From a virus: DNA of 36,240 nt. The stretch is taken from positions 1 to 36,240 of the IMG/VR virus record IMGVR_UViG_3300045988_115111. One strand, written 5' to 3'. Under the pieces are notes generated by a model. That model searched no databases. It was given only the letters and a program-made list of their open reading frames with translations, and was not told where the DNA came from. Both the position numbers and the translations under genes were made by a program. Every line of letters starts with the position of its first letter. The stretch's first letter is position 1. Below, piece by piece: positions 7,035 through 17,893 of this stretch.

Positions 7035-7825
7035 TACGCCCCCACCTTCTTAGCGATAGCCTCCAAGGTGGTCTTCATCCCTTCCACCTCTTTACGCAGC
7101 GCCGCCGCATCCGTCTTAGCGAGATACGCGTGGGCGTCTGCGTTCAGCAGCATGTCCAGCGGGGTCATGTCCACAGTGCTCCCCGCTACGCGGCTACGGT
7201 AGCGCCGCTTAATGTTATCAAATTCCACTTCATTCTCCTTATCTATAGCCCCCACAGCCGGGGACGTACTTGCACCGCTGGGCGGGTTAGCTAACTCGTG
7301 GGCCACCCTCTGCCTGAACGCCGCCATATCGAACGACGGATCCCACTTTCCCTGGGCTGCTCCCGCCCATTCCTTATGCCCAATAATCCGGTCAACGTTC
7401 CACCCTAGGAACCAGCAGAGGGCCGCGCATAGGCGCGCGTAAGCCTTCATTTGTGCCTCCGGCCACGGACTCGAGCCACTGCTAACCGCCTCGATACCTA
7501 TGGTGTATTGGTTAGCCCCGTTAGGCGGGTAGCCGTAGCCAGACCCCGCGCCTGCGTGCCACGCAAGCCCCACGCCGCATAGGGTTGCAACCCCTGCCCG
7601 GTCTAGGTGAATCTGGGCACACAACCCCAAAGACGGGTGCTGCGCAATGAACCACGGGCCGGTATTGTCCGAGCCTGTGTGGTGGCAAACCGCCCCCTTA
7701 ATGGGACCGAAATCACCATGCCCCCGGTCCTTATAGCCGTCTAGTTCCTTAACCTGAACGCCCCAGAATTCCAGTAGTTCTTTTAGGAATACGGGATCCC
7801 CGCGCCAATTATGATTAGGCTTCAT
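7034..7825 (-). CDS. endolysin, N-acetylmuramoyl-L-alanine amidase (Amidase_2/PGRP fold) with a C-terminal putative wall-binding region
   Basis: Amidase_2-type motifs: GAVCHHTGS, YTIGIE and IIGHKEWAG...KWDP. Confidence 0.75.
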   Translation of the reverse strand: MKPNHNWRGDPVFLKELLEFWGVQVKELDGYKDRGHGDFGPIKGAVCHHTGSDNTGPWFIAQHPSLGLCAQIHLDRAGVATLCGVGLAWHAGAGSGYGYPPNGANQYTIGIEAVSSGSSPWPEAQMKAYARLCAALCWFLGWNVDRIIGHKEWAGAAQGKWDPSFDMAAFRQRVAHELANPPSGASTSPAVGAIDKENEVEFDNIKRRYRSRVAGSTVDMTPLDMLLNADAHAYLAKTDAAALRKEVEGMKTTLEAIAKKVGA

Positions 7826-7842
7826 AGCCTCCCCCTTTTCTT

Positions 7843-8955
7843 TTACCCTTTAATCCACGTAATAGAAGCGCCCGGCTGGACCACACCCGCGTTTGGATGG
7901 AAACTCTCCAAGGTAATCGTGCTTCGGCCACGCACCCTAATGTTTATGTCCGACTTTCCTTTTTCTCTATGGTGGGCCGCGAATGCGTATATGTCTTGTT
8001 CGATAGGCTCAAACCCAGACGGGACTTGCGCTTCGCCGGTGCCTCTGTCGCTAGTATCTAGAGAATAAGGGGTCGCAGAATAAATAAGAGTTGCCACAAC
8101 AATATTGCCAATCTTCGCGAAACGCCACTTCCCTACCTGCTTAACAACGGGCGCAATAGACGCCGCCACATCATCCACGTATTTTTTAGACGCCGCGTGG
8201 TCTTTATTTGTAGGCGTCTCTTTAACCTGCAACTGGCCATCAGGTAAACGACATGCCGTCGAAAGGCCAACCGGCAAAAACATAGGCGGCTTAATATTCC
8301 CCGGCCAATCAGAATGCTCAACCATCCTATGCGGCCTAGGCGGGCGGGCGTCAGTGAAACGCGGGTCCGTTTTATCCGCCTTCGAATCCAGCACCCCCTC
8401 AGCGGCCTTTTTAAATTTTTCCGCATCCTCAGCCGCCTTAGCAGCTTTGGCGACCTCGGCGCCCACCTGGGCTAAATCTGACTGAACCTGCTTCCTCAGC
8501 GCGCCTACAGCATCCGACAGGGCGCCGTCCACCTTAGCGTTAGCCTTCGATGCAGCGTCTTCTGCTTTCCGCTGGGCTGCGATAGTAGCGCGTTCGCTAT
8601 CCGCCGCCCTGTCCGCCGCCTTTTCTACAGCCGTTTGTACAGGCGGCGCGTATTTGAACTTCGACTCAATCAGCGCCCGCAAAGTCACAGTGCCGTTGCC
8701 ATCCGGCACCACCACTTCGACAGGTTCACCGCCTAAATAGTTAGCGCAATGAAACTCAACCACCATAGGGCCAGGCTCCACGTTTTCCACACGCGCCTGG
8801 CCGTCAACCAAATGCACCACACGCGCAGCCGTGGACACAACACCACCCGCCCGGTCGGCGCTACCACGCACACGCGGCGCATACAAAGCCACCGAATCAT
8901 CCGGGTGCGTTTTACCCACAACATTAGTAACATCAATGACCAAAGTCTTAGCCAT
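7843..8955 (-). CDS. minor tail protein / putative receptor-binding fibre with an Ala/Lys-rich coiled-coil
   Basis: 370 aa. A beta-rich N-terminus is followed by an Ala/Lys-rich coiled-coil and then a globular C-terminus. Confidence 0.45.
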   Translation of the reverse strand: MAKTLVIDVTNVVGKTHPDDSVALYAPRVRGSADRAGGVVSTAARVVHLVDGQARVENVEPGPMVVEFHCANYLGGEPVEVVVPDGNGTVTLRALIESKFKYAPPVQTAVEKAADRAADSERATIAAQRKAEDAASKANAKVDGALSDAVGALRKQVQSDLAQVGAEVAKAAKAAEDAEKFKKAAEGVLDSKADKTDPRFTDARPPRPHRMVEHSDWPGNIKPPMFLPVGLSTACRLPDGQLQVKETPTNKDHAASKKYVDDVAASIAPVVKQVGKWRFAKIGNIVVATLIYSATPYSLDTSDRGTGEAQVPSGFEPIEQDIYAFAAHHREKGKSDINIRVRGRSTITLESFHPNAGVVQPGASITWIKG

Positions 8956-8961
8956 TTAAAA

Positions 8962-9690
8962 CTATTCCCCCGTCCCTAGAAAATCTGAATCCTCTGTTTT
9001 ACCAGTCACACCGCCATTAGTGAACTGAGTGACTTGTTGGGCCGTTAGTCGTGAATACATAGGGTTGCCGCGAATCTCCCGCCCCGCCTGAACCTGCCAG
9101 ACTTTAACCTTCACCACATAATTAGGCGCGGGCGTGACCACTGACATAATCCCCACAGACGAACCACCATGCGTCGTATGTAAAGAAAATTGGCATTTTG
9201 AAAAAACCTTATTGTCCGGCGTTAAAACAACTAACTCCCAGCGGGTGTCTTGGAAACCGATAACGACCCACGACGGGGAAACCAGCGCCCGAATATCCCA
9301 CAAGCCTTCCTTTTTTAGCCTCAAACCACCGTCATGCACTTCCACATTACGCGCCGGGCCAATTTGCTTATTAAAATCCATCCACCCGACGCCCAGGTGG
9401 GCGTGGTCCATGAACGCAGTGCAATAGTTCATAGGGCTAGATAACAAATCTACGCGATTGATTAAATCCAGCTGGGCATCCCTGAACTGCTCAGGTAGAA
9501 AACCCCACGCTTTAGCCAGCCCCTCAATCCCCTGCGTAATGGCGTCCGTCATCATTTTCACAGGCATAAGAACGACGTCCCACAGGTTAGCCCCTAATTT
9601 TTCAAAAAATTTACGGGCGTTACCCGCTACATCGCCCACAGGATCAGTGCCCGGGGCCGGGGCCACACGCCCCGACAAATCAACTCCCAC
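8962..9690 (-). CDS. minor tail / baseplate protein
   Basis: 242-aa ORF in the tail tip module. The call is by position only. Confidence 0.4.
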   Translation of the reverse strand: MGVDLSGRVAPAPGTDPVGDVAGNARKFFEKLGANLWDVVLMPVKMMTDAITQGIEGLAKAWGFLPEQFRDAQLDLINRVDLLSSPMNYCTAFMDHAHLGVGWMDFNKQIGPARNVEVHDGGLRLKKEGLWDIRALVSPSWVVIGFQDTRWELVVLTPDNKVFSKCQFSLHTTHGGSSVGIMSVVTPAPNYVVKVKVWQVQAGREIRGNPMYSRLTAQQVTQFTNGGVTGKTEDSDFLGTGE

Positions 9691-10094
9691 TATTCACCAC
9701 CCCTATCTAAGCTATTAGCGCGTTCCATCACGTCCACAGCCTCCAACGCGGCGCGTAGTTCCTCCCGCTCTTCCACCGTCATAGCTCCAATATCCACGGA
9801 CGGGGCCGTTACGCGCACGCTGGCGCGCCCCTGATCGGCCGGAATCCACGCCCCGGCCTCCCACGGCCCACCCATGCCGCCTAATCCGTCGTATTTAACC
9901 AGTGGGTCACCATCAGACCCCGGGGCGCCACACTTCAACGAGTCGAACACATGGGCCGCTAATTTTTCGCACGACTCCAAGTCAAAGCGAAAACCCGCCG
10001 CGTTGAAAAAAACCCACGCCAAAGGGTGGGAATCATCAGCGACGGGGTAAGGGTAAATATCATCCACAGGGCTACACCTTCCTTTACATGACAA
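9690..10094 (-). CDS. minor tail protein
   Basis: 134-aa ORF coupled to its neighbours by small overlaps (9690 and 10084-10094). Confidence 0.35.
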   Translation of the reverse strand: MSCKGRCSPVDDIYPYPVADDSHPLAWVFFNAAGFRFDLESCEKLAAHVFDSLKCGAPGSDGDPLVKYDGLGGMGGPWEAGAWIPADQGRASVRVTAPSVDIGAMTVEEREELRAALEAVDVMERANSLDRGGE

Positions 10095-11709
10095 AAGACT
10101 TCACACGGCTAACCGCGTTACTAATAGACTTCAAAGACCGCGCATAACCCCGCGCCCACGACTCACGCGCCCTAGGATCACCAAGGGTTAACTCTTCACG
10201 CCACCCGCTAGACACAGACCACGATAATTTAGCCTCCGAAACATAAGTAGCGAACAAGGCGCCCCTATGAACTAGCCCCTGCTGATCCCCCGCCCGGTAA
10301 TCGCGCCCCCACTTATAAATAGTCTGGGCGCTAGTAGTAAAGCCCACGGACATCATGCCCGCCCCTTGTTGGAGCATCTGGAACGCCTGCTGCCATGCTG
10401 ATAGTGTCCAACCATCACCGGACCCCACAGAAGTGCGATAGCGATATGGCCCCTGAGCTTCCATCCGGACAGAGTCGCTAAATTCCTGCCACGCAAAAAG
10501 CTTATCCTGGAACGAAGCGGCGGCGGCTTCACCAAAGAATTCACCCGCCGCCCCAATGAGGATAGAAAATTGTGGGAACGCAGCGGCCAGGCCACCGGCC
10601 AAACCATGAAACGCAGCTTTCGTCCCCGCGCTAATAGCCTTATTCAAGACTTCCGGGGAACGCCCGCCAACGATCACGTGCGAGTCCTCAGACTTAACCA
10701 CAGTGAAATCAGACGTCATACTGCCCATATCCTCAGGGCGCCACACCACCCACGGGTACACCCCCGCCGCTGTTGCTTTCGTATCTCCCAAACCACGGCG
10801 GGGCGCGTTATTAGACCTATCGAAACTACGGACTAGGCCGCGTAGAAAATCCAGCCCCCCGCCTGTAGTGGACGTGTCAAATTGCCTCGGAACAACATCC
10901 AAAATAATGATAGGGGTGGTTAAGGCCACGGGGAACCCCTCAGGTTGCTTATCCCCCGGTAGCCACAGGTCAGCCGTCAACAGCAAACCCGCCGCGTCAA
11001 GCGTCTCGGAAAACAAATCCGCCGCTAAATCCATACGCGCGTCTAACACCGTGTTTTGCGTAGAGGCAGACGCATGAACGGGGTTAACAATCAACGGCCA
11101 GCGGCTAGGGTCCACGAGTGAACGCCACGCGCCCATGTCCCACAGCTTCCACCCCAACCTTAACCCCGGCTGAAACTCACGCATCAGGTTAACTAAAAGA
11201 TATTCCTTAATCACGCGCAAAGAATCCCCGGCCCTATAGTCACGGTACTTTAGTTGTGCTACCAAAGGTGCCCCAGGGGTAGGGTAACAAGCTATTTTCT
11301 CCACATGACGGTAAAGCGTTTTAGCCTCAACTGTCACCGCCCCGTGGCCGCCCTGCCCCCGGGTATCAGTGATCCGAGCGACCCGGCCCACAATACGCTC
11401 CGACGCGCCCCCCGGTCCTTCAAAAATGATGAACTGTCCAGAATCAACCAGGGCGCCCCACATGGCTTCGGGGGCGCCCACCCGCTCCAAATCCAAAGGC
11501 AAAAGCGCCGCTACAGCCGGGTGGTCCCCCGGGAGCACAATCTCCATAACCCCCACGGCGTTAACTTTATCTTCAAAAGATAGGCTATTACAGCCGTGCA
11601 GATCAGCCACGGGGTTAAAATGTTTATCCGCTAGCCACAGACCCCAGCCGTCCCCCGTGGCATGGGCGGCGTTCCTTTGAGCCAGCCAGTTAACAAAATC
11701 AGACACCAC
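10084..11709 (-). CDS. tail tip protein (Tal/baseplate hub-like by position)
   Basis: 541 aa, the second gene after the tape measure protein. Confidence 0.45.
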   Translation of the reverse strand: MVSDFVNWLAQRNAAHATGDGWGLWLADKHFNPVADLHGCNSLSFEDKVNAVGVMEIVLPGDHPAVAALLPLDLERVGAPEAMWGALVDSGQFIIFEGPGGASERIVGRVARITDTRGQGGHGAVTVEAKTLYRHVEKIACYPTPGAPLVAQLKYRDYRAGDSLRVIKEYLLVNLMREFQPGLRLGWKLWDMGAWRSLVDPSRWPLIVNPVHASASTQNTVLDARMDLAADLFSETLDAAGLLLTADLWLPGDKQPEGFPVALTTPIIILDVVPRQFDTSTTGGGLDFLRGLVRSFDRSNNAPRRGLGDTKATAAGVYPWVVWRPEDMGSMTSDFTVVKSEDSHVIVGGRSPEVLNKAISAGTKAAFHGLAGGLAAAFPQFSILIGAAGEFFGEAAAASFQDKLFAWQEFSDSVRMEAQGPYRYRTSVGSGDGWTLSAWQQAFQMLQQGAGMMSVGFTTSAQTIYKWGRDYRAGDQQGLVHRGALFATYVSEAKLSWSVSSGWREELTLGDPRARESWARGYARSLKSISNAVSRVKSFVM

Positions 11710-11713
11710 GGCG

Positions 11714-12514
11714 TCACCTCCAAGGACTTAACACCCGCTGACGCGTGTGCACCTTCAACCCTGAATCAGTGGCCACGTGTATCCGCCCCCCCGGGTCAAC
11801 CCTAAACGGGACAGCCAATCCGCGCATAGCCGACCATGTTTCCACATCCACAGACCCCTCCGGCCCACCTGAGCGCGCCACAAACCCCTCCCCCGGGTCA
11901 CAAGAAAGGAACCGGGGTTGTGCGGTCGTAGGCAACGAAATACGAACACCATTAACTGTGAATGACTTACCAGCCCCCGCCCATTCGATGTAGGGGAATA
12001 AAGGCAAATCCCCCGTGTTAGTGACGTGAACGCCCGCACTGTCAGAGGCTTCAACCTCCCAGGGGGAACACCACGCGCCCGTAGAGCAATACAACGGAAT
12101 GGACAAACCAGCCTCCCACAAGCCAGCCGCGTAAGGGCTAACAGACGGGGCGCCCACAGGCTCCGACAACACGCACTCAGCGCGCCAAACCTCCCGGCCC
12201 GCCGTCACCACTTCCAAAACCCCGGGGCGGGTCAAATCAAAGCCGCGCACAAACTCAGTATGCACGCGGCCCAAAGAGGCATCCCCGTCAGGATAAACAG
12301 CCACATTCAAAGTGCCAGACATAGCCCCAAACGTAGTAGCAGTGTCAACCACACCCACGCCCGTAGAACGATCTACGCTAGAACGATTAACCGTCCCAAC
12401 CATGCCGTCTATGCCCGTAAAAATCACCCCCCGGCGGGCGCGTAAATCCCCTTCCAGAATCCACCGCCGCCCCGCGTGACTAGTCCACGTGATCGTGTAC
12501 GCATCTTTCACCAA
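11714..12514 (-). CDS. distal tail protein (Dit-like by position)
   Basis: 266 aa, immediately downstream of the tape measure gene. Confidence 0.45.
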   Translation of the reverse strand: MVKDAYTITWTSHAGRRWILEGDLRARRGVIFTGIDGMVGTVNRSSVDRSTGVGVVDTATTFGAMSGTLNVAVYPDGDASLGRVHTEFVRGFDLTRPGVLEVVTAGREVWRAECVLSEPVGAPSVSPYAAGLWEAGLSIPLYCSTGAWCSPWEVEASDSAGVHVTNTGDLPLFPYIEWAGAGKSFTVNGVRISLPTTAQPRFLSCDPGEGFVARSGGPEGSVDVETWSAMRGLAVPFRVDPGGRIHVATDSGLKVHTRQRVLSPWR

Positions 12515-12543
12515 CTAAAACCACCCCTAACCGTCAGGAACTT

Positions 12544-15500
12544 TTAGACCAGGATCGACAAACCACTAGTAACCGTGGCCTCCTGGCCTTTCTTTAGCCC
12601 CTTAACTTCAACATCCAGGCCTCTAACCTTTTCGTTAAGACCCTTTAGCAGTTCTTCAACCTGCTTACCCGTGTAGCTACCATCAGGATCGAGACTAATC
12701 TCTAGTTTTGTAGTGGAACTAGACGAATCAACCACCGGGGTCTTCTCCACACCGTCTTTATCCGTAACGGTAGTATTAGGCCCCGACGACGACTCAGAGC
12801 CAACAGACCTAGACGCCTCCCCGACAACAAGCCCGTTATCATCCAACACCGCCACCGGCTGCAAACTACCAGTATGGATATGCCCCACGGGATAGCCTGT
12901 TTGAGCGCTGGCAGTATCGGCGCCCGCGTTCACCAGATCAACAAACGACTGCTTCAAAGAGCCGCCAATAATACCATCCAGGCCGAATAGGCCCAAAACA
13001 TCATTAGCGACCCCCGCCGCCGCCGCGCCACCAACGTGCGCCGCCCACTGATCCGGGCGCCCAAACTGGCCAGGGTTGCCGAAATTCTTAAAGTAGTTAT
13101 GAGCTGCCAGTGCCGCCTTAGTAAGCGGGCTAGACTCCGAAAACCACTCATTCCCCAAATAATCACCTGTATCTACCAGGTGTTGCAAGTGAGCAGCTGT
13201 TTCATTCCAGGCGCGGGGGCCGCCGTGCAAAATACGTGGCAATTCCGCCACTAACGCATCCACAGAGCTAACTAGCCCGGACACCCGCGCCCACTGTCCG
13301 TCCGTCAGCACCGCCTCCGGCTTGCCAGTGTGATTAAAGTAACTGCCAAAACCGCCCGGGGTGGGCTTCAACCAGCCGCCACTATCATAGCCATGCCCAT
13401 GCCCCCACATAGTTGTAAGGTCATCGCCATAACGCGAACGGTAGTAGCGTAGCGCCGCGTTCATATTTGCCCACGGGTCCGTCCGATCATTCGGCAAAGA
13501 CGGATCACGATTAGCTGCAAACGTGCTGGGAATGATCTGCAACAGCCCCTGGCCCGCCGCCGCGCCCGTGCCGTTAACGTCGACAATCTCTTGATTACGA
13601 TTTGGGATACCGCCCGACTCGCTCTGAATCTGTCGGATCATCGCGTCAACCTGTCGCGGGTCATCAGCGTTAAACCCATTGCGCCGCATTGCGGCCATCG
13701 CCATATCGCGCCACGTTTCAGCACTACCAGAAACGCCCGCGCCGCCGTTAAACGACCCGGCGTGGTCGGAAATGAAATTCAGAACAGCGTCTTTAAGTTT
13801 CCCAGCAAACGCCTTAGGGACATAACCTAGGGTGCCTTTAAACTCTGGTATAGCGTCCATGATAGGCCGCAAAACAGCCTCCGCCATATTTCGAACATGC
13901 GCGCGAATATCAAAGAAACCACCACCGCCACCGGCACCACCAGAAATAAACTTCCCTAGGAATTCCTTTAGCGTGTACGCATGGTTAAACAGGGGGTGGT
14001 CAGAGCCACGGGCGCGCCCGCCGATCTGAACACCATTATCACCAGAGGACTCAATATTAACCCCGTCAATCGTTCCAGCCATGTGACCATTAGCGCCGCC
14101 GCCCTTACCAGACAGCACGCCAATAGTGACGCGGCCTCCAAGCCCGGGCACAAAACCGAAATTGCCGAAATTAGACTCGGTATTAAAAATACGTCCACCG
14201 CGCAAATTCCCGCCGTTCAAATCCTGGACAATGCCAGACCACAAGCCTGAGCAGTCCCACGACGGGTTGCCCACACCCCCGTACTGGTAGGGCTTACCGT
14301 GCTCACCCTTCAATTTTCCAAACAGGGACGCCACGCGCTTATCCAGGTCATCAACCACACCACCATTAGCAAAGGCCGCGCCTTCACCTAATTGTTTACG
14401 GACTCCGCTCACACCACTAGACGCCGCTGTCTTATTCATGGCGTCCACAGCGGCGACGCCGCCTACAGCCTTCACCCATTCCGGGCGCATGATAGCCTCG
14501 CCGCCTGATAGCCCAATTTTCAGGCCACTACGCGGCTCAACAAAGGTATAGGGATCACGTCCCGGGGTGTATCCAGGCAGTACGCCACCGCTAGCAAACG
14601 CGCCTAACCATTCAGGCTCATAGGGCTGTAGTTTATCAAGACCTGCGAATTCAGCTACTTTATTCCAGGCGGTAACGATACCGTCGTTAAAAACCCTTTG
14701 GATAACAAACTTAATTGGTTTAGCTGCCGCCGCGCGTATGTTATCCCACATTGCAGTAATGCCGTCCACGGCGACGCTAAACGCGTTTTTAATCACATCC
14801 AGGCCCACGCGTAAAGACGTAAACACGTTAGCGTCTATCCACTGCCAGCCAGCTAATAGGGCGTTTTTCAGAACCTCCCACACACTAAGAATAAAATCCT
14901 TAGCGATGTTAAAAGCAATTGACCAACCCTCAACTTCTCTATTCCAGGCCCACAATACGCCCTCGCGAATCCAGTCCCACACAGCCGTAGCGCCGTCTCT
15001 GATCCAGTTCCACGCCGTGACGATAGCGTTAGCGACAGGCTCAAACACTAGACGCATACCTTCAACAGCCGCGTTCCAGCCAGCGATCAACACGCCACTA
15101 AACCAATCCCATATAGGCATGATGAAATCGCGAATAGAGACAAAAGCATTAACAAAACCGGCAATAGCCAGTTTAGCTATGTCAAACATGCCACTAACTA
15201 GGAATTTTTGGAACAGCAAACCCTGGCGAACGATCCAGACTAGCGCCTCCCCAAACGGCTGCACAACCTGCAAAACACCCTCAAACGCGCCCCACAGGAA
15301 CCCAAAAACACCCTTAGCAATCTCCCAGGTATTTAGAAAAGCATCACGAATAGTTAACAGATAGTTAACAAGGCCGCTATCCTCTTCAAAACCAAACGCG
15401 GCCAGGCCACCCGTGTAATCGCCCTTAGTAAAAATGCTAAACACATCAGCCACAGCCCCGCCAAAGTCCTTAATAAACTCCCACGCCTTGCCAAAGGAAT

Positions 15501-17436
15501 CACTAATGCCTCCCCAAATTCCCTTAGCCCATCCAGCAATCCCAGAACCCCAACCTTTTAGAGTCTCCCAGAACTCACCAATCTGGCCCTTCAGGGAATC
15601 TAGCAGTTTCCGCCCTGTTTCCGTCTTAGTAAAGAAAATTGCCAGGGCGCCGACAACGGCACCAATAGCTAAAACGATCAACCCAATAGGGTTAGCCAGC
15701 AGCGCCGTATTAAGCTCCATCTGGGCCGCTGTTTGCAGCAGGGTACCCGCGCGCCACGCCTTATAAAGCGCCACCATCGTCTTTAGTTTGCCTACAACAA
15801 ATAGGCCCGCCTGATAGGTACGGATAGTCGCAAAGCCAGCGGCCACACCCATAGCCGCGCCCGCTAGAGTCTTTAGCAAATCCTGGTGGCGCTTACCCCA
15901 TTCTAGCGCATCCTGGAAACCCTTAGACACATCGTCAATACGCTTAGCCAACGTATCAACCCATTGGGTCAAATACGGCTCCGCCATGTCATATAGCTTT
16001 TGTTGGAAATCAGCCACCGCGTTTCCCACGCGGTCTATAGCGCCGTTAAGTCCCGCCAATTGCGAGCCCGCCGTATCTCCAGCGGACCCTACGCGGTCCA
16101 TTTTTTCGCGCAATTCGTCGAACCCGTCAGCGCCCGCCTTAGCCGCCGTGGTAGCAAACTTAATACCCTGTTCGCCAAACGCAACCTTAGCCGCCGCGCC
16201 GAACGCCTCATCGCCCATACGGGCCTGCGCCTCCGAAAGCTGTTGACTAATATCACGCAACCCCACGAACTTTCCGTCCGCGTCCAGGGCGTTAACCCCC
16301 ATCTCGTTCAACGCCTTTTTAGCCTCTTTTGTGGGGGCAATCAAGTCATTGATAGAGCCAGCTAAAGCCGTACCCGCCATAGAGCCAGTGATACCACTGT
16401 TAGCGAACAAGCCTAGCATGGTATTAGTATCTTCCAGCGAAATACCCAGGGAACCCGCAACAGGGGCCGCGTGCTTCAAAGACTCCGCCAAAGTAGCAAC
16501 ATCAGTCGCGGAATTGTTAGCCGTATTAGCCAACACGTCAGCCACCCTACCGGCATCGGCCGCCGCCAAATTAAACGAATTCATCGCGGCAACCTGAATC
16601 TCCGCCGCCTGCCCCGCATCAATCTGGGCCGCACCCGCTAGCTGAATGGAACCCTTCGCCGCATCCATAGACTCTTTAACCGACAAACCACCCTTAGTAA
16701 GGGCCAGCATAGCGTCAGCCGCCGACTTAGCCGACGTCCCCGCCAAATCCGTATCCTGGCCTAACTCACTAGCCTTATTACGAACTTCCTGCATCTGTTC
16801 AGCAGTAGACCCCGACACGGCTTGGAGCGTACCCATAACCTGGCTGAAATTACGGCCATTGCTAACAGCTTCACCCAAAAACGCTGTACCGCCCGCGATA
16901 CCTAGGCCACCGGCCATAAGGCCCGCAAACTTCCCCATCTTCCCTAGGGCGCCGCCGAATGCGCCACCGAGTCCACCGAGTGCCCCTTCCATGCCCCCGG
17001 CCTTAGCTGACGCGGCATCGAACGCGTCTGCATTTTCTTGAGTGACGCGGGCTAGGTTTTCTTCCTTAGCCGCTAGGGACGTGACAGCCTTTTCCACGGA
17101 CTTATCCGCGCTTTCAGCATCGCGCCGGGCCTTAGCGACCTTAGCCTCAGCCGCCGCAATCTGGGACGCCTTAGCATCCCCCTTATCTAACACCTCTTGA
17201 TATTGCAGCTCAGCAACTTTAAGCTTATCGGCCTTCTCAGCCGCCCTATCCTTAGCCCTACCAATAGCCTCGCTAGCGCGCTGAACATCAGACTCCGCGC
17301 GCTTGATCCCATCCGCCAACGACTGCGCCATGACTTTGCCGCCATCGTCGCCAGCCTTTTTAAGGTTTTTGTTAGTCTCGTCAAAAAACTTATCAAACGC
17401 CGGTAGGATCGGAATAAACACAGAATCCATGCCCAT
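12544..17436 (-). CDS. tail tape measure protein with embedded NlpC/P60 peptidase and lytic transglycosylase (SLT) domains
   Basis: 1630 aa. The N-terminal region is Ala-rich with coiled-coil and Gly-rich segments. W-rich tandem repeats include VTAWNWIRDGATAVWDWIREG. The NlpC/P60 catalytic motif GKPYQYGG...SWDCSGL maps to about 14050-14330. The SLT motifs IRQIQSESGG...GQGLLQIIPSTF map to about 13350-13680. Confidence 0.85.
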   Translation of the reverse strand: MGMDSVFIPILPAFDKFFDETNKNLKKAGDDGGKVMAQSLADGIKRAESDVQRASEAIGRAKDRAAEKADKLKVAELQYQEVLDKGDAKASQIAAAEAKVAKARRDAESADKSVEKAVTSLAAKEENLARVTQENADAFDAASAKAGGMEGALGGLGGAFGGALGKMGKFAGLMAGGLGIAGGTAFLGEAVSNGRNFSQVMGTLQAVSGSTAEQMQEVRNKASELGQDTDLAGTSAKSAADAMLALTKGGLSVKESMDAAKGSIQLAGAAQIDAGQAAEIQVAAMNSFNLAAADAGRVADVLANTANNSATDVATLAESLKHAAPVAGSLGISLEDTNTMLGLFANSGITGSMAGTALAGSINDLIAPTKEAKKALNEMGVNALDADGKFVGLRDISQQLSEAQARMGDEAFGAAAKVAFGEQGIKFATTAAKAGADGFDELREKMDRVGSAGDTAGSQLAGLNGAIDRVGNAVADFQQKLYDMAEPYLTQWVDTLAKRIDDVSKGFQDALEWGKRHQDLLKTLAGAAMGVAAGFATIRTYQAGLFVVGKLKTMVALYKAWRAGTLLQTAAQMELNTALLANPIGLIVLAIGAVVGALAIFFTKTETGRKLLDSLKGQIGEFWETLKGWGSGIAGWAKGIWGGISDSFGKAWEFIKDFGGAVADVFSIFTKGDYTGGLAAFGFEEDSGLVNYLLTIRDAFLNTWEIAKGVFGFLWGAFEGVLQVVQPFGEALVWIVRQGLLFQKFLVSGMFDIAKLAIAGFVNAFVSIRDFIMPIWDWFSGVLIAGWNAAVEGMRLVFEPVANAIVTAWNWIRDGATAVWDWIREGVLWAWNREVEGWSIAFNIAKDFILSVWEVLKNALLAGWQWIDANVFTSLRVGLDVIKNAFSVAVDGITAMWDNIRAAAAKPIKFVIQRVFNDGIVTAWNKVAEFAGLDKLQPYEPEWLGAFASGGVLPGYTPGRDPYTFVEPRSGLKIGLSGGEAIMRPEWVKAVGGVAAVDAMNKTAASSGVSGVRKQLGEGAAFANGGVVDDLDKRVASLFGKLKGEHGKPYQYGGVGNPSWDCSGLWSGIVQDLNGGNLRGGRIFNTESNFGNFGFVPGLGGRVTIGVLSGKGGGANGHMAGTIDGVNIESSGDNGVQIGGRARGSDHPLFNHAYTLKEFLGKFISGGAGGGGGFFDIRAHVRNMAEAVLRPIMDAIPEFKGTLGYVPKAFAGKLKDAVLNFISDHAGSFNGGAGVSGSAETWRDMAMAAMRRNGFNADDPRQVDAMIRQIQSESGGIPNRNQEIVDVNGTGAAAGQGLLQIIPSTFAANRDPSLPNDRTDPWANMNAALRYYRSRYGDDLTTMWGHGHGYDSGGWLKPTPGGFGSYFNHTGKPEAVLTDGQWARVSGLVSSVDALVAELPRILHGGPRAWNETAAHLQHLVDTGDYLGNEWFSESSPLTKAALAAHNYFKNFGNPGQFGRPDQWAAHVGGAAAAGVANDVLGLFGLDGIIGGSLKQSFVDLVNAGADTASAQTGYPVGHIHTGSLQPVAVLDDNGLVVGEASRSVGSESSSGPNTTVTDKDGVEKTPVVDSSSSTTKLEISLDPDGSYTGKQVEELLKGLNEKVRGLDVEVKGLKKGQEATVTSGLSILV

Positions 17437-17464
17437 AGCGCACCACCCCTAACACAAAAAAAAT

Positions 17465-17893
17465 TTACTCCCCCGCCGATAACATGCCCATAAGGTACTC
17501 GACCGCCGCTGTTTCATCGCCGGAATCAACACGGCCCAAACGGTTAACCCCGTCATCTGGTTCGCTCCAAGGGTAAGGAACCGTTTTAGGTAGCTCCCGT
17601 TGTTTATGATCTAAGGACGTGGCAAACATCGTCTCAAGGCGCCTCAGATACTGGACTTGTGCCCACGCCATGTCCTCTAGCGGCGTCCACGCGTACTCCC
17701 GCCCCCGGGCACGCGCCAAAGCGTTATCAGCCGGTAGCCCCTTTAACAGGGCCACCAGCATCCGCGTAGTTATCTCCCCACGCCAAAACGCGGCGACATA
17801 ATCCCGCCCATACTCAGCGATTAACGCCGCTTCACAGGCTTCCGGGAATTCCGCGAGCGCATCTGGGTAGGGTTTTCGGCAACGGCTTCGTTA
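17465..17893 (-). CDS. tail assembly chaperone T-like extension, probably expressed as a G-T fusion by -1 programmed frameshift
   Basis: The -1 frame is open from 17890 down to 17465 and overlaps the last ~23 codons of the G-like gene. The frame relation fits a -1 shift. No canonical XXXYYYZ heptamer was found. The nearest slippery-looking sequence is CCGAAAACCC. Confidence 0.45.

Noticed and set aside
12700-17400. Many 60-210-aa plus-strand ORFs opposite the tape measure gene, and similar antisense ORFs opposite capsid, portal and terL.
   Set aside because: - These are typical spurious open frames on the antisense strand of high-GC coding DNA.
- All are fully nested in long motif-bearing minus-strand genes.
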